Source of the DNA: Basidiobolus meristosporus CBS 931.73
Taxonomy: Eukaryota > Fungi > Basidiobolomycota
Assembly: GCA_002104905.1 (NCBI GenBank)
Contig: MCFE01000512.1
Span: forward strand, 267 to 64,266
Length of the DNA: 64,000 nt
Direction of reading: 5' to 3'
Below the pieces are notes generated by a model. It did no database searches. It was given only the letters and a program-made list of their open reading frames with translations, and was not told the DNA's origin. A program made the translations under genes and the position numbers. Shown piece after piece: positions 61,201 to 64,000 of the stretch; within the stretch, counting starts at the first letter, position 1, and each line of letters starts with the position of its first letter.

Positions 61201-64000
61201 TCACGTTAAAAACAGGCTGACAGCAGCCAAATGTTGCCCGCAGACATATGACTAAAACCATTAAGCTAGAAGCAGGCTGACAGCAGCCACTTGTAATCCA
61301 CAAACATGTGACTTAAAACCCCTTATGCTATACTTAGGCTGACAGCAGCCACTGGTTGCCCTCAGACATGTGACTAAACCATTACACTAGAATCAGGCTG
61401 ACAGCAGCCACTGGTTGCCCTCAGACATGTGACGAAAAACCATCACGCTAGAATCAGGCTGACAGCAGCCACTTATTGCCCACAGACATGTGACTAAAAA
61501 CTATTACGCTAGAATCAGGCTGACAGCAGCCAAATGTTGCCCCAGACATGTGACTTAAAACCATTACGGTAAAATATGGCTGACAGCAGCCACTTATTGC
61601 CCACAGACATGTGACTAAAAACTATTACTCTATAATTAGGCTGACAGCAGCCACTGGTTGCCCCCAGACATGTGACTGAATACCTGCATGCAAATTTGTG
61701 ACATATAGAATCAGGCTGACAGCAGCCAAATGTTGCCCCAGACATGTGACTTAAAACCATTACGGTAAAATATGGCTGACAGCAGCCACTGGTTGCCCAC
61801 AGACATGTGACTAAACCATTACGCTAGAATCAGGCTGACAGCAGCCACTGGTTGCCCACAGACATGTGACTTAAAAGCATCATGCTATATTTAGGCTGAC
61901 ATCAGCCACTTGTTGACAACAGAAATGTGACATAAACCCTCACGTTAAAATCAGGCTGTCAGCAGCCACTGGTTGCCCTCAGACATGTGACTAAAAACAA
62001 TCACACTAGAATCACGCTGACAGCAGTCACATGTTGCCCACAGACATGTGACCAAAAACCAATACCCTAAAATATGGCTGACAGCAGCCACTTGTTGCCC
62101 ACAGACATGTGACTGAATTTCTGCATGCAAATTTGTGACATAAACCCTCACGTTAAAATCATGCTGACAGCAGCCACTGGTTGCCCTCAGACATGTGTCT
62201 AAACCATTACGCTAGAATCAGGCTGACAGCAGCCACTGGTTGCCCACAGACATGTGAATTAAAACCATCATGCTATATTTAGGCTGACAGCAGCCACTTG
62301 TTGACCTCAGACATGTGACTAAAAACCATCATGCTAGAATCAGGCTGACAGCAGCCACTTATTGCCCACAGACATGTGACTAAAAACTATTACGCTATAA
62401 TTAGGCTGACAGCAGCCACTGGTTGCCCACAGACTTGTGACTGAATTTCTGCATGCAAATTTGTGACATAAACCCTCACGTTAAAATCAGGCTGACAGCA
62501 TCCACTGGTTCCCTCAGACATGTGACTAAAAACCATCACGCTAGAATCAGGCTGACAGCAGCCACTGGTTGCCCACAGACATGTGACTTAAAACCATCAT
62601 GCTATATTTAGGCTGACAGCAGCCACTTGTTGCCCACAGACATGTGACCTAAACCATCACGTTAAAAACAGGCTGACAGCAGCCAAATGTTGCCCTCAGA
62701 CAAATGACTAAAACCATTAAGCTAGATGCAGGCTGACAGCAGCCACTTGTTATCCACAAACATGTGACTTAAAACCCCTTATGCTATACTTAGGCTGACA
62801 GCAGCCACTTGTTGCCCACCAACATGTGGCTAAACCATTACGTTAGAATCAGGCAGACAGCAGCCACTGGTTGCCCACAGACATGTGACTCAAAACCATC
62901 ACGCTAGAATTAGGCTGACAGCAGCCACTGGTTGCTCACAGACATGTGACCTAAACCATCACGTTAAAATCAGGCTGACAGCAGCCACTGGTTGCCCACA
63001 GACATGTGACCTAAACCATCACGTTAAAAACAGGCTGACAGCAGCCAAATGTTGCCCTCAGACAAATGACTAAAACCATTACGCTAGAATCAGGCTGACA
63101 GCAGCCACATGGTTGTCCACAGACATGTGACTTAAAAGCATCATGCTATATTTAGGCTGACATCAGCCACTTGTTGACAACAGAAATGTGACATAAACCC
63201 TCACGTTAAAATCAGGCTGACAGCTGCCACTGGTTGCCCTCAGACATGTGACTAAAAACCATCACGCTAGAATCACGCTGACAGCAGCCACATGTTGCCC
63301 ACAGACATGTGACTAAAAACCAATACCTAAAATATGGCTGACAGCAGCCACTTGTTGCCCACAGACATGTGACTGAATTTCTGCATGCAAATTTGTGACA
63401 TAAACCCTCACGTTAAAATCAGGCTGACAGCAGCCACTGGTTGCCCTCAGACATGTGACTAAACCATTACGCTAGAATCAGGCTGACAGCAGCCACTGGT
63501 TGCCCACAGACATGTGACTTAAAACCATCATGCTATATTTAGGCTGACAGCAGCCACTTGTTGACCTCAGATATGTGACTAAAAACTATTACGCTATAAT
63601 TAGGCTGACAGCAGCCACTGGTTGCCCACAGACATGTGACTGAATTTCTGCATGCAAATTTGTGATGTAAACCCTGACGTTAAAATCAGGCTGACAGCAG
63701 CCACTGGTTGCCCACAGACATGTGACTTAAAAGCATCATGCTATATTTAGGCTGACAGCAGCCACTTGTTGACCACAGAAATGTGACATAAACCCTCACG
63801 TTAAAATCAGGCTGACAGCAGCCACTGGTTGCCCTCAGACATGTGACTAAAAAACCATCACGCTTAAGAATTCAGGCTGACAGCAGCCACTTGATGTGGC
63901 CCCACAGACATGTGAGACTTGCTAAAAAACTCATTACGCTATAATTAGGCTGACAGCAGCCACTGGTTGCCCACAGACATGTGACTGAATTTCTGCATGC

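Larger units (their letters stand above)
42690..64000 (+). repeat. ~61-bp satellite array with conserved core and variable segment, extending beyond the window
   Basis: Core GGCTGACAGCAGCCAC(T/A)(G/T)GTTGCCCACAGACATGTGACT plus a ~20-nt variable part (e.g. AAAAACCATCACGCTAGAATCA). Degenerate at 42.7-52 kb and homogeneous after ~53 kb. Confidence 0.97.

Noticed and set aside
53953-63073. Short ORFs such as VTCLWATSGCCQP repeats
   Set aside because: These are translations of the satellite. Monomer length varies and frames break constantly.
52200-64000. CRISPR array
   Set aside because: The inter-repeat segments are mutually homologous and recur in higher-order patterns, no cas genes or leader are present, and the context is eukaryotic. 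It is a satellite.
53000-64000. V(D)J/Transib RSS-like motif (CACAGAC...CTAAAAACC)
   Set aside because: The heptamer-like and nonamer-like parts are 6 bp apart (17 bp from the upstream CAC), not 12 or 23, and no RAG/Transib sequence is seen.

Overview
Eukaryotic, fungal-like genomic DNA. An early-diverging fungus is my inference; no taxon is proven. The window is a gradient from genes into heterochromatin-like sequence. (1) 1-543: 5' part of a short-chain dehydrogenase on the minus strand. (2) 1.8-33.7 kb: a tandem array of intronless genes for small secreted proteins in three families I do not recognise, called A (+), B (+) and C (-). They recur as about 8 cassettes with intact, truncated and pseudogene copies and a ~6.3-7.3 kb higher-order duplication. 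A ~5.4 kb CpG-depleted block of transposon relics interrupts the array near its left end. (3) 35330-41247: a full-length but inactivated Ty3/gypsy chromovirus with 697-bp LTRs, a GGAAT target-site duplication and an apparent self-priming PBS. (4) A 34-bp minisatellite, then a ~61-bp satellite running from ~42.7 kb to the window end. The satellite is degenerate on the left and homogeneous with higher-order repeats on the right. It hosts a PIF/Harbinger-superfamily (PHIS) DNA transposon, its foldback MITE, an inverted deleted copy and a captured LTR fragment. No rRNA, tRNA or true CRISPR was found. All alignments and counts were done by eye.
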